64,000 bases of DNA from the human T2T-CHM13v2.0 reference genome, Homo sapiens, in the NCBI RefSeq assembly GCF_009914755.1, contig NC_060926.1. The stretch is one strand, 5' to 3'. Below, piece after piece: positions 1-14,820 of this stretch. Both the position numbers and the translations under genes were made by a program. Position 1 is the first letter of the stretch, and every line of letters begins with the position of its first letter. The notes below the pieces were generated by a model that was not told the origin of the DNA, ran no database searches, and saw nothing but the letters and a program-made list of their open reading frames with translations.

Positions 1-463
<463 letters not shown>

Positions 464-1438
464 TTATGTGAGTTCACATTACATATTATCAATATATTAA
501 CTGTGCCCAGTATTAAGTGACTGTCTTTTAGCTCTCTGCTAATCCTTCTTTATATAGATAAAGGCTAGACATCAAGATATAACCTTAGCACTATTGCTGT
601 TTTCATTCTTGTTATCTTTACTAACTAAGATAGTGGAATCATAAGGTCTACAATTGGAAAGGAATTCGATTGATTGTCTGGTGCAAACCTCTCTCAGACA
701 GTGATTTCCTCTTGAAGAGTTCTAGAGTGCGGTTTCAGGTTGCATGCTAGTGATAAGTAATTCATTGCTACACAAAGCTGCAATTATTATATAGACTTTT
801 CCCTTGTATTCAACTGCCTCTTGTTAATGTCTATCCATTTCTCCCAGTTCTGTGCTTACAGACTACATGAAATTTACCTATTTTTTCTATAAAAGCCCTT
901 CAAAAATGTAAAGACAGCCACACTGTACTTTTTACAGTTTCTCTCTTTACAAAACACTGACAGTCTGACATTTTTCTCATGGGTCATATATTCAAACTCT
1001 TTCATCATAAAGGATGATTAATGAACTCTAATCATCTTATAATGAAGTATGGTTTCCTTTCTGTGTGGTTACTGTCTATTTAAAAATACTCCGTTGACTT
1101 TTGCCTTGGATTATTATCACACTGAATACCTAGGAAATCCACTCTCTTTTCCTGTCTTGAGTCAACGGTGCAAAACTGGTTTGTTTTCTCTTTCCACTGT
1201 CTCACCTAAAATTCCTCATGTAGTAAGGCCCCGAATAATCTATTTTAAAGCAACCTGAAGGGTTTGTTTGCGTGAGGGTGGAGAGTGGGAATGTTAATGG
1301 GAATTCTAGTTATGCAGAGTTTGAAAGAGGAGGAGGTTAGGCAAATGGAACATAAACTTCTTTATTCAATAAAGTAAAAGGGACTCCCACCTCTGCCATG
1401 CAGACAATGTAGGAGGTGACTTGGTTTTTCCTATGGAA

Positions 1439-1600
1439 TAGTGGTTCTCATATTTCAATGAGCATGTAAATTACCCAGGGATTTTTTTTTTTAAATGCTG
1501 GTTCTGAGTAAATAAAGTTGGCGTGGGAGTGGGATCCTGCATTTCTAGTAAGTTCCCTGGAGATGCCTATGCTGTTGCTCCATGGACCACATTTTGAGCA
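1439..1600. mobile_element. MER5-like hAT-Charlie DNA transposon
   Basis: agtggttctca...ctgcatttctagtaagttccctggagatg...ggaccacattttgag, the typical MER5 pattern. Confidence 0.65.
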
Positions 1601-1952
1601 GCACTGTCCAGCAGAAATTCATTGTGAGTTACAAATGTGAATGACATATGTAATTTTAAGTTTTCAAGGAGCCACATGAAAAATGCATAAAGAAGATAAA
1701 TAGGTGAAATTAATTTTCATAGTGTATTTTGTTTCACCAAATATATCCAAAGGACTATCATTTCAACATAAATCAGCATAAAAATAAATAATGAGATAGT
1801 TTAAATTATTTCACTTTGGTACCAAAAGTTTGATGTTTGTATATGTTTTACACTTGCAGTGCATCTCATATTGGATCAGCCACATTTCAAGTGCTCCATA
1901 GCCATATGCAGCTCTGTGGCTACTGGCTACCATGTTGGACAGTGTAACTCTA
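1598..1952. mobile_element. MER33-like hAT-Charlie DNA transposon
   Basis: cagcactgtcca...tggacagtg terminal inverted ends; internal agccacatttcaagtgctc and gtggctactggctacc motifs. Confidence 0.75.
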
Positions 1953-1999
1953 GATCTGAAGATTTTGATCTCTCAGAACCTGGAAATAACACAAATAAC

Positions 2000-2225
2000 T
2001 AATATGTGTTGAGTATTCACTTTGTGCATGGCATGGATATGAGATGTAAGTGCTATATAAATGCTTCATCTAAGTCATCTCCTAAGACCCTTACAACATC
2101 CCAATCAAGTAAGCAACATTATTATTTCCATTATACACAGGAAGAAAGTGAGGCTTTGGACTGGCGGTAACTTGTGTGAAGTCACAATGGTAGAGCTGGA
2201 TTTTTGCAGCCCATGCTCTTACCCG
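2000..2225 (-). mobile_element. MIR SINE
   Basis: attattatttccattatacacaggaagaaagtgaggc...taacttgtgtgaagtcaca is the antisense MIR core. Confidence 0.65.
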
Positions 2226-2875
2226 CTGTTTCAGAGCAGAGGGCCCTCTGAAGGAAGCAAGTCAGCATTCCTAACACTGAGTTTTAATTTTTTTTCATAT
2301 GTTCTTGTTTTCTTATGGTATCCTTAAGCCTTTAGCACAGTTGATTCCCTTCTGTAGTCTAGCAGCAGTGGTCTCCTGTTGACAGAGCCTTCGAGAATTA
2401 AGATTCTTGGGGACAAAAGGGGTACTCTGTGCACAAGCTTACAGTGGGATGGCCCAAGTGTCAGCTGGAGCAGCAGTCCAGAGGATGAGGAAGATAGGAA
2501 GTGGTTCAGGCCATGCGCTGGCACTCTAGGGGTGGGGGGCACTGTCAAACCCACTCCCAGGGTCTGGCCTTCCATAGTCACATGGGGCAAGGGCTTACAT
2601 GATTTTGTTTGTATACCAAAGGGAAACGGCAAACCCGTGGCCCTTCTCTGCCATCTCAACTGTGGGTGAGACACTGGTTATATACATTCCCTCTTTATTC
2701 TGGGCTGCAATTTATCTGGAACAATAGGCTCAATTTTCTTTTGAAAAGCTACACAATCCCTTTGCCTACTTTAGATTTTGATTCCCTCTTAACCAAGTTC
2801 TTTCTACCCTTTTTCAGATGTAGAATAGGATTTCATTAACAGCAGTAACAATGAGAGTTTGAGAGGTAAATTACT

Positions 2876-3137
2876 GTGTGGTGCCTAAGACAGCAGGCCC
2901 TAGGCTCAGATTGCTGCCCTCAGAGTCTGGCCATATCTCTTGCTAGCTATGTGACCTTGACTAAGGCACTTATCTCCTGTGAACCTCAGTTTCTTCTGAG
3001 CCTAAGATAAGGCTGATACTAATAACAGCCTTGCGAGTCTGTTGTAAGTATTACATAAAATAATAAACATATAATGCTTAGCTTAGCCCCTTCTGTTTAA
3101 AAAGTAGTCAGTAAATGTTAACTCTTAAATTATTATT
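2876..3137 (+). mobile_element. MIR SINE
   Basis: ctagctatgtgaccttg...cacttatctcctgtgaacctcagtttc MIR core. Confidence 0.7.
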
Positions 3138-3899
3138 GCCATTCTAACCCTTATATCTCATTATTCTATTTGCCCAAGCTGAAGGATCATCCAGTTCTTT
3201 TACTAATTTTTCTTAACATAAAGTTTTCAAGTGTTCCTTCCATTCTCTTAGCTTTCTTTAGCATTTACACAGGCACAGTTTCTTCTGAGCTTTAGCCCTT
3301 ATAACATTATTATAATGCTTGTCTGAAGTCACTAATATTTGGTCGTGGTGCTATTTCCTTCTTTCTAAATATCTGCAAGTCCTTAAAACATGTACTCATT
3401 GGAGAGCTCCCTGTGCAGCTCAGGAGCCCTTCTTTGGAGTTTTCTTCTCTCAGATCTGCATTGAGATTCCTGCAAATTGATTATCAGAATTCTTTTTTGA
3501 GGGAAGCCTACACATTAAAATTCTTAACAGATTTAGCCCATGGCTTTTCTGTGACCCTTTTGAAACTTGCATTTCTAGTCTAGGGTGCAAGTCTAGCTCA
3601 GCTCTCTATGTCTGTCACAAAATCTTAGAATACCTGAAGGAAACCCTGGGAAGAGTAGAACCACCAATGGTTGGTCCCTACTTTTAACCCATCTCCATAG
3701 TGCAAAAAGACTCAGTCACTCAGTCTCTGAACATAGTCTCTAAATACAGCTTCACTCACACAATGATTTGATGAGAAATGCATGTTTGCCTAAAGATTCA
3801 AGGAAAGGAAGAAATGAAGAGTTATATGCTACACTAAAAAAAAAACACCTTAGCAACATTTCTTGTTAGACCATTAGACACACTGTTCTTCTTCAATAT

Positions 3900-4715
3900 T
3901 GTGAACTACTTGATAAAGAAAATGTGGCACATATACTCCATGGAATATTATGCAGCCATAAAAAGGATGCATGCATGTCCTTTTCAGGGACATGAATGAA
4001 GCTGGAAACCATCATTATCAGCAAACTGACACAAGAACAGGAAATTAAACACCACATGTTCTTACTCATAAGTGGGAATTGAACAATGAGAACACATGGA
4101 CACAGGGGAACATCACACACCAGGGCCTGCTGGGGGCTGAGGGGGCAAGGGGAGGGATAGCATTAGGAGAAATATTTCATGTAGGTGACAGGTTGATGGG
4201 TGCAGCAAAACCACCAAGGCACATGTATGCCTGTGTAACAAACCTGCACATTCTTTACTTGTATCCCAGAACTTAAAGAATAATAAAATTCCCTGAAAAT
4301 GAATTTGGAGGAATGAGACTTTATTCCAGTGAACAGTTCACAAACAAGGAGAAATATCCTTCTGTATAAAATGAAGGTGTTCCAGAGAACAACAGAATGG
4401 TTTGGCTTTTATAAAAGTTTTCAATCAGGCCCTCTTATGCAAAGGAAGGATTCAAACTTGCTTTGTTCTGATTGATTGATGCAGCTGAGTTCTGATTGGT
4501 TGATGTAGGCCATAGCTCAATGGTTGATTCAAGAGACATGAATGGGCACAGTCAGCTATGAAAGGCGTAAAGTTAAGCAGATGTGTATGTTTTCTAGGAA
4601 CTCTGAGTATGTGTGTGACCTCTAGTCAACAAATGGCTGTTTGGCTCTTTTTAAATTTTAGGCTCAATTAGCCACTTGGCATTCATCTTCAAGGATTAAC
4701 TCTTTCAAGTTCACA
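3900..4715 (-). mobile_element. Solo ERV LTR (ERV1/MER4-group-like) interrupted by an L1
   Basis: 8-bp terminal inverted repeat tgtgaact (3900-3907) / agttcaca (4708-4715); flanks atat/ttat; minus-strand aataaa, tataaaa and ccaat-like boxes in 4295-4530. Confidence 0.6.
3911..4288 (+). mobile_element. L1PA 3' end (ORF2 tail and 3'UTR)
   Basis: gataaagaaaatgtggcacatatac...gaacaatgagaacacatggacacagggg...cccagaacttaaagaataataaaa. Confidence 0.92.
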
Positions 4716-5373
4716 TTATCATCCTCCAAACTCTCATTTTCTGATTGCCTTTTTATGTCATTTTCTTCTTTAAATGCAAAACTTTCATCTTAATTTTTTT
4801 CTGAAAGACAATTCATTTTTTATGTTGAAAATACTACATTTAGCAAATCAAAAGATGAATATTAGAAAATTATTGACTATGTATTGCCATTAAATAGGAC
4901 TGAAGGAAACAGAATCACAGTTAATTCCACCTAAATTGCTTTCGCCAATGTTCTCATCTTCCCATTTGTTAGAATTTGTCCTGAGATGACAGTTCCTTTT
5001 CCTACTTTCTTTACAATTTCAGGTATCAATGTGCTGTCAGTAGAAGTTTCCAAATGTTCTGATTTTTAGTTAAATGAAGTTTTGGTAAAATATTTGCACA
5101 ACTGAAATCCTCATTCATACTTTATACCTCTGTGATCACTGAGGTGTAATTTACAAACAGCAAAATGTTCAAATGATGTGTATATTTTGCTGGGTGCCTT
5201 TCAAGACACACATTTCTATCACCCCTAGAAGGTTTCCTTCCGCCCCTTCCCAGTTAACTCATTCCACTTCCACTCCTAACCCCCACCAGAAGCAACCATT
5301 CATCAGTTTTCTATCACCTTAGGTTAGTTTATTCTGTTCTAGGATTTTGTATAAATGCATCATGTAGTATGTA

Positions 5374-5720
5374 CAGTCAGGTACTGCATAACCATGTTTC
5401 AGTCAATGACAAACCACAAATGAGATGGTCGTTCTTTAAGATTACATTTTTTACTGTACTTTCTGCTAAACTTATGCTTAGACATGTTTAGATACATGAG
5501 TACTTACTATTGTTTTAAAATTGCCTACAGTGTTCAGTACAGTAGCATGCTGTATAGGTTTACAGCCTAGGAGCAATGGGGTATGCCATATAGCCTAGGT
5601 GTATAGTAGACTAATTCCTCTAAGTTTGTGGAAGTAACACTTATATGATGTTTGCACCACAAAATTGCCTGATGACACATTTCTCAAAATGTATTCCTAT
5701 GGTTAAGTGACACATGACTT
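5374..5720. mobile_element. Tigger3a/MER7A-like DNA transposon
   Basis: ta|cagtca...catgact ends; internal ttgcctacagtgttcagtacagtagcatgctgtataggtttacagcctaggagcaat; reverse-complement homology to 18667-18910. Confidence 0.85.
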
Positions 5721-5892
5721 TTTGTGGGTTTTTTGTGGATTTTTACTGAATTTCATCCATGTTATCCTTTCATTCTGAGTAATATTCCATTGTATGAATA
5801 TGGCAGTTTACTTACTCATTTTCTTCTTGAAGGGCATCAGGGTTTTGTTGGGTTTGTTTTTTAGTATTATTTATAATGCAATAATGAATATT

Positions 5893-6145
<253 letters not shown>

Positions 6146-8657
6146 AAGGCATGATGAATATTTTTTTGGAATAGTTTTGGAATATGAAGGATTTTTTTGT
6201 GAAAAATTCTTTCATTTATTTTGAGTAAGTAATTGAGAGTGAAATCACTGGATAATAGTTTGATAGGATTTCTGGAATATATTTTGATCAAAAAATCCAA
6301 ATAGATTGTACCACTTTATGCACCTGCCAGCTGTGTGTACATATGAGGTTCTGATTGTTTTATATTCCTAACAGCTTTTGGTGTTTGCAGTTTTTTTACT
6401 CTTGGCTATTTGGGTGGGTGTATGGTGGTTTCTCCTTGTGGTTTAAATTTGCATTTCTTTGGTGACTAATGATGCTGAGATATTCTGTGTGCTCATTGTA
6501 TACCTTCTTCTGTAAAGGTGGAGTATTTAAATCATTATAGAGGGTTGTGATGGATTTTCCATCCAGAATAATAATGTGTGGTCCATGTCCTCCAGAAAAT
6601 TGGGTGGGTTTATCATTCTCTCCAAAGATTACTTCTCTTCATCTACATCTTGTTTTGTTTCTCTCCTGAGCAACCCAACACATGTTTAGATTCATTGTCA
6701 TCCAAGAAGGTGAGCATAGCTATGACATTTAATAAGAAAATGTGTGGGAAACCACTGTATCTGAAAGTTTTGCAAATTTAAAGTATGTTTCTATTTCCTT
6801 TTCAATATCAAATTTGTTTCTTTTGAAGATAATTGTATGTATATTCTTCTTGAACTCTCCAGCTCAGCAAGTCTTGGTGTCATTTGCAATATCTTATTTA
6901 CCTCCTTTTGTTATATTTCTAGTTTCATTCTATAAGGTGGTATGATTATGTTATTTTCCCTACTGTCCCTAAGTATTTAGTCCTGTGTATTACTGAGCAC
7001 ATCTTCCATTATTGAATTTTTTCTGTTCTATCACTCAACATTCTGTTCTCCAGTCATTCCATTTTTCAATTTTATATTGGTTTTTCTCTTTCCTTTCATT
7101 GTAAAGGAATGGAAATAAATAAAGCTTGAAGTAAATTCTATAATTATTTGATGAGTGTTAACTGCTGTGTTAATATGCAGCCTCTACTGTATGGACATGT
7201 TACTGCTGATTGAGGGTCAGTAGAGTAAGTGCATGGAATTATTTTCAAGGAATGTTAACTAGATTGCAGTTAGTCACCTCCATTCTTTTAGATGGACATC
7301 TGAGAAATTCCTCAGCTAATAGATTATATCTCTGAAAAAAAATTAGTAGTGAAAGGATCTGCTACTCTGGATCTAGAAGAACACATTTCTGAGGCAATTT
7401 GGATGTGGTAGAGAGCCAATGTGATACAGATGCAAATGCACTCACTGACCAGTGCTTCGGTGGAACCCCGAGGTAATATGCTGCAATGTGGCCCAGGAGG
7501 CTGCCCAATCAAAGTAGGAACATGGTACTAAGAGGATTTTTTTCTATCTATATTTAGTCATTTGATTTCTAGCTATGAAATCTTAAACTCTCCACACCAA
7601 GCCCTTAAGTAGTTTGCCAGCCATTGGGCCAGGATTTTTGGATGGCAGGAGAGTTAGCGATTCCTCCAGACTGCCTTTTGATTGATGTAGATATTACATT
7701 TGCCTGCCTGATTCACTGTGAGATGCTCCAGGAATCCCTTCATAGAAGAAATACTCTTGCTGAGATTCTGCTGTTGGCAATTTATTCCTTTGGCTTAAGA
7801 AAAAAGGTATTTAAATACAAGTGTCCCTAGTAAAAAGATAACACATGATGTCAAATACTTTATGATATTTTATATCAATGACACTTTAATATGAATTAGT
7901 TTAATGAGACTATCTTCCATTTAATTTTTAATTATTCGAATTGGTTTTCATTCATAAAGGAAATGTGTTATTATAAAAATTTATAGAGAGAATATGTAGT
8001 GCAAAAAGTTTAAAAATTTTTCATTCATCACCATTTGGTTGAATGTTGAATGTTGCCTGTCCTAAGAATATCAGGGCTAGTTATTATAAATGAATTGGCA
8101 TAAATAGTTTTTGGTGTAATTTAGTGCATACACACACACACTATATATATATACTGATATCTAGATGTACAAGCAGAATATTTTTTCAAAACTTGCCTTT
8201 GTCACTTAATTTTTCCAAAATAGTATTTATGTAGGTCCTTCTTTATAACAATTGCTTAATATCCATGGTATAAATTACTTCAGAAAGTTTATTTCTCTTT
8301 AGAAAGACATTTAGCATGTTTTTCTTATAACAAACGAAGTATACAGCATCCAGCTATCCTCAAATAATGTTGAGGGGAACGTCTTTCTATGCCTTTGTTC
8401 AAATGTCAATATTTTACTATGTTTCCTTGAAATGGAATTGTTGGATTTGTGCATTCTAAATTTTGACAGATACCACCAAAATTTCTTCCAAAAATTCTGT
8501 GTCATTTAAATTTCATTAACAGTGTCTAAGCTATCCAGTTTCTTCATTTTCCTGCCAGTTCTAAATATTTTCATTATTCTTAATTTTTTTGCCAACTGGA
8601 TAAGAGAGAATTGAAGTCTTGCTTTTTGGAGTTTATTTTTAAGATAACTAAGGGTAA

Positions 8658-9245
8658 TTTATTCATCGAACAAATACTTATTGAGTGTCCATTTTATGAT
8701 AAGAACTGTTTTCATTACTTGGAATATAGCAATAAACAAAGCAGTAAGTCTTTTTAGTAGTATTTATGTTCTGATGGGAAGGGAGATAAAATGGATTATT
8801 TAACAAAAAAGGAATAAGTGTGATACATGCAATATAGAAAAATTAAGCAGGCTTAGAGAGTAAATAATAATAAACGAATGAGTAAGAGTGGGTACTGCTT
8901 CAAATAGGGAAGTCAGTAAAAGTTCTATCTCAAGAGGTGATATTTAAGTAGAGACTTAAGTAAGGAAGTGAGACTGTATCTCTCTATGAAAGGAGTGTTC
9001 CAGGCAGAGGACTTAACAAGTGCAAAGCCATAGGGCAAGAGGGTTCCTGGAATGTTCCCCAAGGAGGGTTTCTCACATGGAGGAGTGTGAGGCTGGGGAG
9101 AGAGGCAGGAGGGGAGTCTGAGAGCTGGTCCCTTACCAGGGCCAGATGATTCTGAGATGTATTGGCCAAGGCAAGGGTTTGAGATTTAGTTGAGTGACAG
9201 GAGATGCCAGAGTTCTCTGAGCATTACCACAGCTCTGTGGTAAAC
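8658..9245 (-). mobile_element. L2 LINE 3' fragment
   Basis: tttattcatcgaacaaatacttattgagtg...ttccaggcagaggacttaacaagtgcaaagcc. Confidence 0.7.
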
Positions 9246-9379
9246 TAAGAGTGTGTCAGTGCCAGCTACAAGCTTGAGAGCAGGGATAAGGATACATCTT
9301 CTGTAGAGAATTTATAACAAAACTAAGACCAATCAGAAAAAATAGACAGCAGATTAGAGGTAGCAGAAAGGAGTCTTAT

Positions 9380-9700
9380 AGTGATAGAGCAGCTCTGTAG
9401 CTTGATTGAGGTGCTGCTTACATGAATCTGCACAGATGATAAAATTGCGTAGAAACACACATGTGTGCACACACACACTCACACACACACACACACAGGA
9501 ATGCATGCAAAACTGGTGAAATCTGGGTAAGCTCTGCAGATTGTAACAATGTCAAATTCCTGGTTTTGATATTGTATTCTGGTTGTGCAAGATGTTACCA
9601 TGGGGGAAACTTAGTGAAAGGTACATGGGAACTCCATGCCCCTGTGTGTGTGTATGTGCGTGTGTGTGTGTGTGTTTGTATCTTCCAGATAAAAAGTAAA
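9380..9700 (+). mobile_element. Old L1M 3'UTR fragment containing (CA)n and (TG)n microsatellites
   Basis: gataaaattgcgtagaaac; caaaactggtgaaatctg; gcaagatgttaccatgggggaaac; (CA)n at 9455-9496 and (TG)n at 9643-9676. Confidence 0.7.
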
Positions 9701-10073
9701 ACAATCATATTTAGTTATCACCATCTGCTGGCAATTCTTAATAACAGTGATAAAACACTCCTTCCCTGGGGCAGCCTACTCCCCGTGCCCCACACCTGGT
9801 ACTCACTGTTACAGTCTAGAAGTTACATTTAATGTTTTTTTGCTATCACCCTTGTCTCCTAAACATTCATGTAGTAGATACAATGAATTCAAGTTTTAAT
9901 AGAGATCAAGCCATTGGTTTATTTTAACTATTACTAAAAACTTCCCACATATAGTTGTTTTTACATATGACACTCGATACTTTGATAAACAATATTTCAA
10001 CAACATTCTTTAACCAAAGAAATAATTGCTACAAAATGTAGCAGATGACTTAAAAGAATAAACTTAAAAGAAG

Positions 10074-10469
10074 TGCCTTAGTCTCTTTTGTGCAGCTATA
10101 ACAGAATATCACATACTGTGTCATTTATAATAGACAGAAATTTATTGACTCACATTTCTGGAGACTGCTCAAGGTAAAGGAATCTAGTGAGAGCCTTCTT
10201 GCTGTGTTATAACATGGCAGAAAGTATCACATGGCAGAAGGACAGAGAGAGAATGAGCCCAGGAGAGGGCAAACCCACTCCCTAGATAAGGAACCCATTC
10301 ACTCCTGTGATAATGACATTAGTTCATTCATGAGGGAGGAGCCCTCCTGACCAAAACACCTCTTAGAGGTAACTTTTCTCAATATCATTACTATGGCAAG
10401 CAAATTTCAACATTCGTTTTTGTTGTTGTTGTTGTTGTTTTTGGAGGGTTGAGCATTCAAACCGTAGCA
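10074..10469 (-). mobile_element. MaLR solo LTR (MST/MLT1A family)
   Basis: tgccttagtc...ttcaaaccgtagca with perfect 5-bp TSD agaag (10069-10073 / 10470-10474). Confidence 0.88.
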
Positions 10470-13400
10470 AGAAGACTTTGAGAAATTAAAGATGATACCT
10501 AAAACCTTGTCTATTATACTATCTTAAGCATTCTTACAGGTTTTATTTGATATTATCAAATTTTTTGGACAATAATTGTATATAAGCCATAATATTTATC
10601 TTTTCTCACTTAATATTTATAACTTTTATGTCTTTTTTATGTTATCACACTAGGTAGGAAATCTATCACAACATTAGGTCATAGTATGTTCACTGTTATC
10701 TTTGCCTTGCTTCTAACTTAAATATTTAGAGTTTTGCAATTCTAAATATGACTTGATTGTTATTTATGTTATATGACATTTATTAAGTAAGGGCGATTGT
10801 TTTCTTATTTGTTTTGAAGATTTGGATATTTGATTCTTAATGGCTGTGGAATATGCCTACACAGGCATACACACACTTATTGAGATGAGTTCTTTTTCCT
10901 CCCTCAATCTATTCATGCAGAAAGTTACATTAACAGATATTTCAATGTTGAACTATCCTTGAATGGTTTTGGGAAGATAAAAAATCTAGCATCCTACCAA
11001 GGTATATGTAATTGGCCAAAAGGCTATAAGAGTATCCTGCATACCAGGGACTTTAAAAAAATAAATCACCAGAAAAAAAACAGAGAAGGCATTGCATAAT
11101 TCACAATTATGCCCTGGCTATGCCTGGCTTTTTCAGAATTTCTCAACACGTGCCTGATCTTTTTCTTTTGTGAATACCTACCTCATACACAATTGGTACT
11201 ATACACATGAATGCTGAATTACATACCTGTTTTAATATAGTCCCCAGTTTTTGTGTGTGTAAATCTAATTCCTCCAGTCAAATGATAAGCCCATCAAAAC
11301 GTGGAATCACGCATTCTCTTCTCTGGGACTTTTTAACAGTGCCTAGAGAAAGGCTGGTTAGTAATAACTGCTTTGCCTTGAGGAAGCAGGCAGCAGGGTG
11401 GAAAGGAGGGATTTAGGAGCTCAACAGTTTTATTCCAATTACAGCTCAGCTGGTGTGTCTTATTTGACAGTGATCTGTGTTAAGGAGATACTTTCTGCTT
11501 CCAGAATATTTCCTTTTATGAAGAATGTGTTCTTTCCTTTTAACATTACACTGCTTATTGCTAAGAGGTTACAAAAGGTAAATGGCCTAATGTGGGCACT
11601 TTCACACTGTGTCTATTTAAGTTTTTGGACTTTGGGATCTTTAGCAAGTAAATTGAACACGCTGACCTTTCATGCATGCCTCTATTAACCTTGCTCTTAT
11701 TTCCCCTAGTCATTTTTCATTCTGTATCTTAGTATCTTATTTCTAATAAACTGCACTGGTTAATCTCAGACCACAAGAATCTGTTACTTATATATAGTTC
11801 TTCCATATACTGTATTTTCATTGGTTTGGGATCTTTTTTTAACCAATCATCTGAATTTTTTTGATTTGTACATATTTCTGATGTACTGCCTGGTGGTTTT
11901 TTTTCCAGCTTTTAATTAACTTTAAAACAATTCATAAGAGTTTATGGCTATAGGAGTGCCTTCTAATTTCAAGATGAAACACTTAAACCAACTTGACTCT
12001 ACAGGTACTTATGTTTTAAGATTGCACATGGGTAGGGCAACAGACAGCATAAACGGAGTCATCATTTGAATTAAAATGTCATTCCTCTGGGTGGAAGTAA
12101 TAGCAAGTAGTGCCTTTTGAGGCATAAACTAGAGGGAACAGCTTGGAAAGAAGAGAATAGGCTGGATTTCAGCTCCAACCTGCCCCCTTGGTAAGGTGAA
12201 CTTTTCTAGACTTGACCTGTACAACCCTATTAAGACCCAGTATATTTGAATTTTAAGGCCATTTCATACTCTCAAATATACATCAAATTGTTGCTACCAA
12301 CTTTTTCCCTCTTTTATTTAGTATTTCATTTAGAATTGAATTCATATAACCACACTAATTTATTTATGTGTTTATTCAACATTTATTGAGTGCTGACTAT
12401 CTGCTTGTCAGTATCAGAGAGGCTCAAGTTAAAATGGTCAGCTGGACAGATACAGTGTCTGCTTTTGCAGACTCAGTATCATAGGGGAATTTAACTTAAT
12501 ATATGTGTTCTTATTTAAATATCTACATAGTCTACAGAGGCCTTTCATTGTAGGTAGAATGCTTATTTCAAACTGTGTATTGACAAAAAGACCTGTGTTG
12601 TTTTTCTTGGTGAGTGAAAACACACTAATAATGACTATCTGGTGGAAATAGATGATCTAGACCTAACTACAGGGTATTTGCAACCTAATTGGGAAGGAGA
12701 AAAAAATATCCATTTCATGGAGAAGAACATCATCATTGCAGAATAAAATGAATAGATGTGAAGTATTGGAGGGATTGGGATATGAATTAATCAAGGATTT
12801 TATCTTTTATTATTATTTTTAACTAGAAGCAATAAAAATGAATGAACTAAGCATCAGGACAGGGAATTTTAGGTTGATTTTTACACTGTTGATCTTGAAA
12901 AAGTGATATGATCACTCTAGACCTTGATTTTCTCATTTGTAAAAGTAGGATATTATTATAAGATATAATTAAGATCTCATTCATTGTAAGATTCAAGGAG
13001 AGAGCACAGCTCTGAGGAGAAAAGTAGGCTGTTATTTTCTTTAGGGTCTGGCTGGCTATTGTTTTGAGACATAAAGCCTCCTTAGGTCATGCAAGTGGCA
13101 ACTCAGAAAAGGAGAAGCTTCTTTTTTCCAAAAATATAGCAGTGTATGTCAGCTTTTTATTATCATAGATATAAAATAACATAACTATAGATGAAAGGAG
13201 TATCATATAATTAGTTGACAATGAATATTAAGAAGAGAGGCCACAGTTAGTTATGGCCTGGTGGCCTGCAAGATGTGTCTTGTCTTTGTTCCCAGGATAA
13301 GAATATTAATATATCAGAAAGCAGGAGTGGTTGTAATAGGAGTCTTGTCCTATTTGGATTCTACTGGGCCTGATTGGAGGCAGGATGTTTCTGGATAGGT

Positions 13401-14354
13401 AATGCTGATGGTTCTTAGATAAAGTGCCTTACCATTATCTGTACTCTCTCTTAGGGAGCCCCTAAAGGCTTTCTGACTTTTGTGCCAAATTGAGTTCATT
13501 ATTGTAAAGATCTTGAGCTGCCAGAGGTAGGAATATTATCTGAAAAGCCATGACTACTATCCATTGAGAGCCCCCCATGCTGCCAAATATTAGCCATAAT
13601 AAGTATGTCTTATCTGTGGGCTTCATCGATTTGAACAAAACAGTATTTGTTAGAGCATCTCAATTAAGAAGGTATAAATGCTAAAAAAAAGATTGCTGCA
13701 CCTGTAGTTTTTCATATGTTATTTAAAGAACTATATTACTTTGAAAAATTCATTTTACCTGTCCTTTTAGAAATATGTAATAACGCTTTCAGAATCAGTG
13801 TTTATTTGCATTTAAGAACCTCCAGATACATCCATGCTGTTTTTAGTGTAAAATCATCTAATTTCATTTTTTAATGAAATAATTATTCTCATTATATTTG
13901 GTGCTTTCTCTCTCAAAACTTCATAGAAGACAACTGTAGTATTTTAAAATGTAAATAATTGTCTCCATTTTATAACCCATTTTCTCTGATGATATATGTA
14001 TATGTGAAAAATTTAGGCATATACAACTTAAGACAACTTTTTATAACATGTCTGCTATTTAAGCAAAAGAAAAAAATTCATAAAATTCTACAGCATATCA
14101 GTTGTTTTTAAGTTTCCATGTTCTCCTCATGCACTAGAATGCTACCAGAAAATAGTGTATCTTATTGGCTAAAGTATTATCTTTAATACAAGTAATAAAA
14201 TAGTAATAAAAATATCAGCATATAGATTTTAACTACAGGCAATACACAGGTGCTGAGATGCACTGTAGTCAAATTAAAAAGATAGATTTCAGTCTATAGC
14301 CATGGAAAAGCACAACAAAGCCGAGTTTCAAATCCTTAATCTGGAAGAGTCTGA

Positions 14355-14570
14355 CATGGTGATAAAGAGGGAAAACTAGTATCACACTCTCTGAGTTCAA
14401 GTCTTGCCTCAGCCATTTAGGAATCATAAAATCTTGGACAGATTTAAAAAAAACACTTCAGTTGTCTCACTGAAAACTGGAGATACTAGTAGTACTCATC
14501 TCATAGAATTTTCTTATTAGTTAAATTAGACTATACTTGTATGTTGCTTAGTACATCAATTGTTCAATAT
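14355..14570 (+). mobile_element. MIR SINE
   Basis: ctgagttcaagtcttgcctcagccattta...cttcagttgtctcactgaaaactgggagata. Confidence 0.6.
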
Positions 14571-14579
14571 GTGATCTAG

Positions 14580-14820
14580 TCCAAGCATTCTCAGTAGAGG
14601 TGATATCACCTCCAAGGGGACAAAAATTAGTTCTTAGGGTTAAATAAAATATTGTACTTATTATACATAAAGCACAAATACACATATAGCACATATGCAG
14701 ATATATAGCATATGTTTATTTGTGAAAATATCATAAGGGAGGAAAAGACAATTAGGAAAAAAATGTTTACAAAAATTACTGAGGGAGGAGATCATGAAGC
14801 TTAGGTGAGAAACACTGTAT
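14580..14820. mobile_element. hAT-Charlie-like MER element
   Basis: caagcattctca...tgagaaacactg inverted ends; gatatcacctccaaggggacaaaaatt. Confidence 0.45.
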
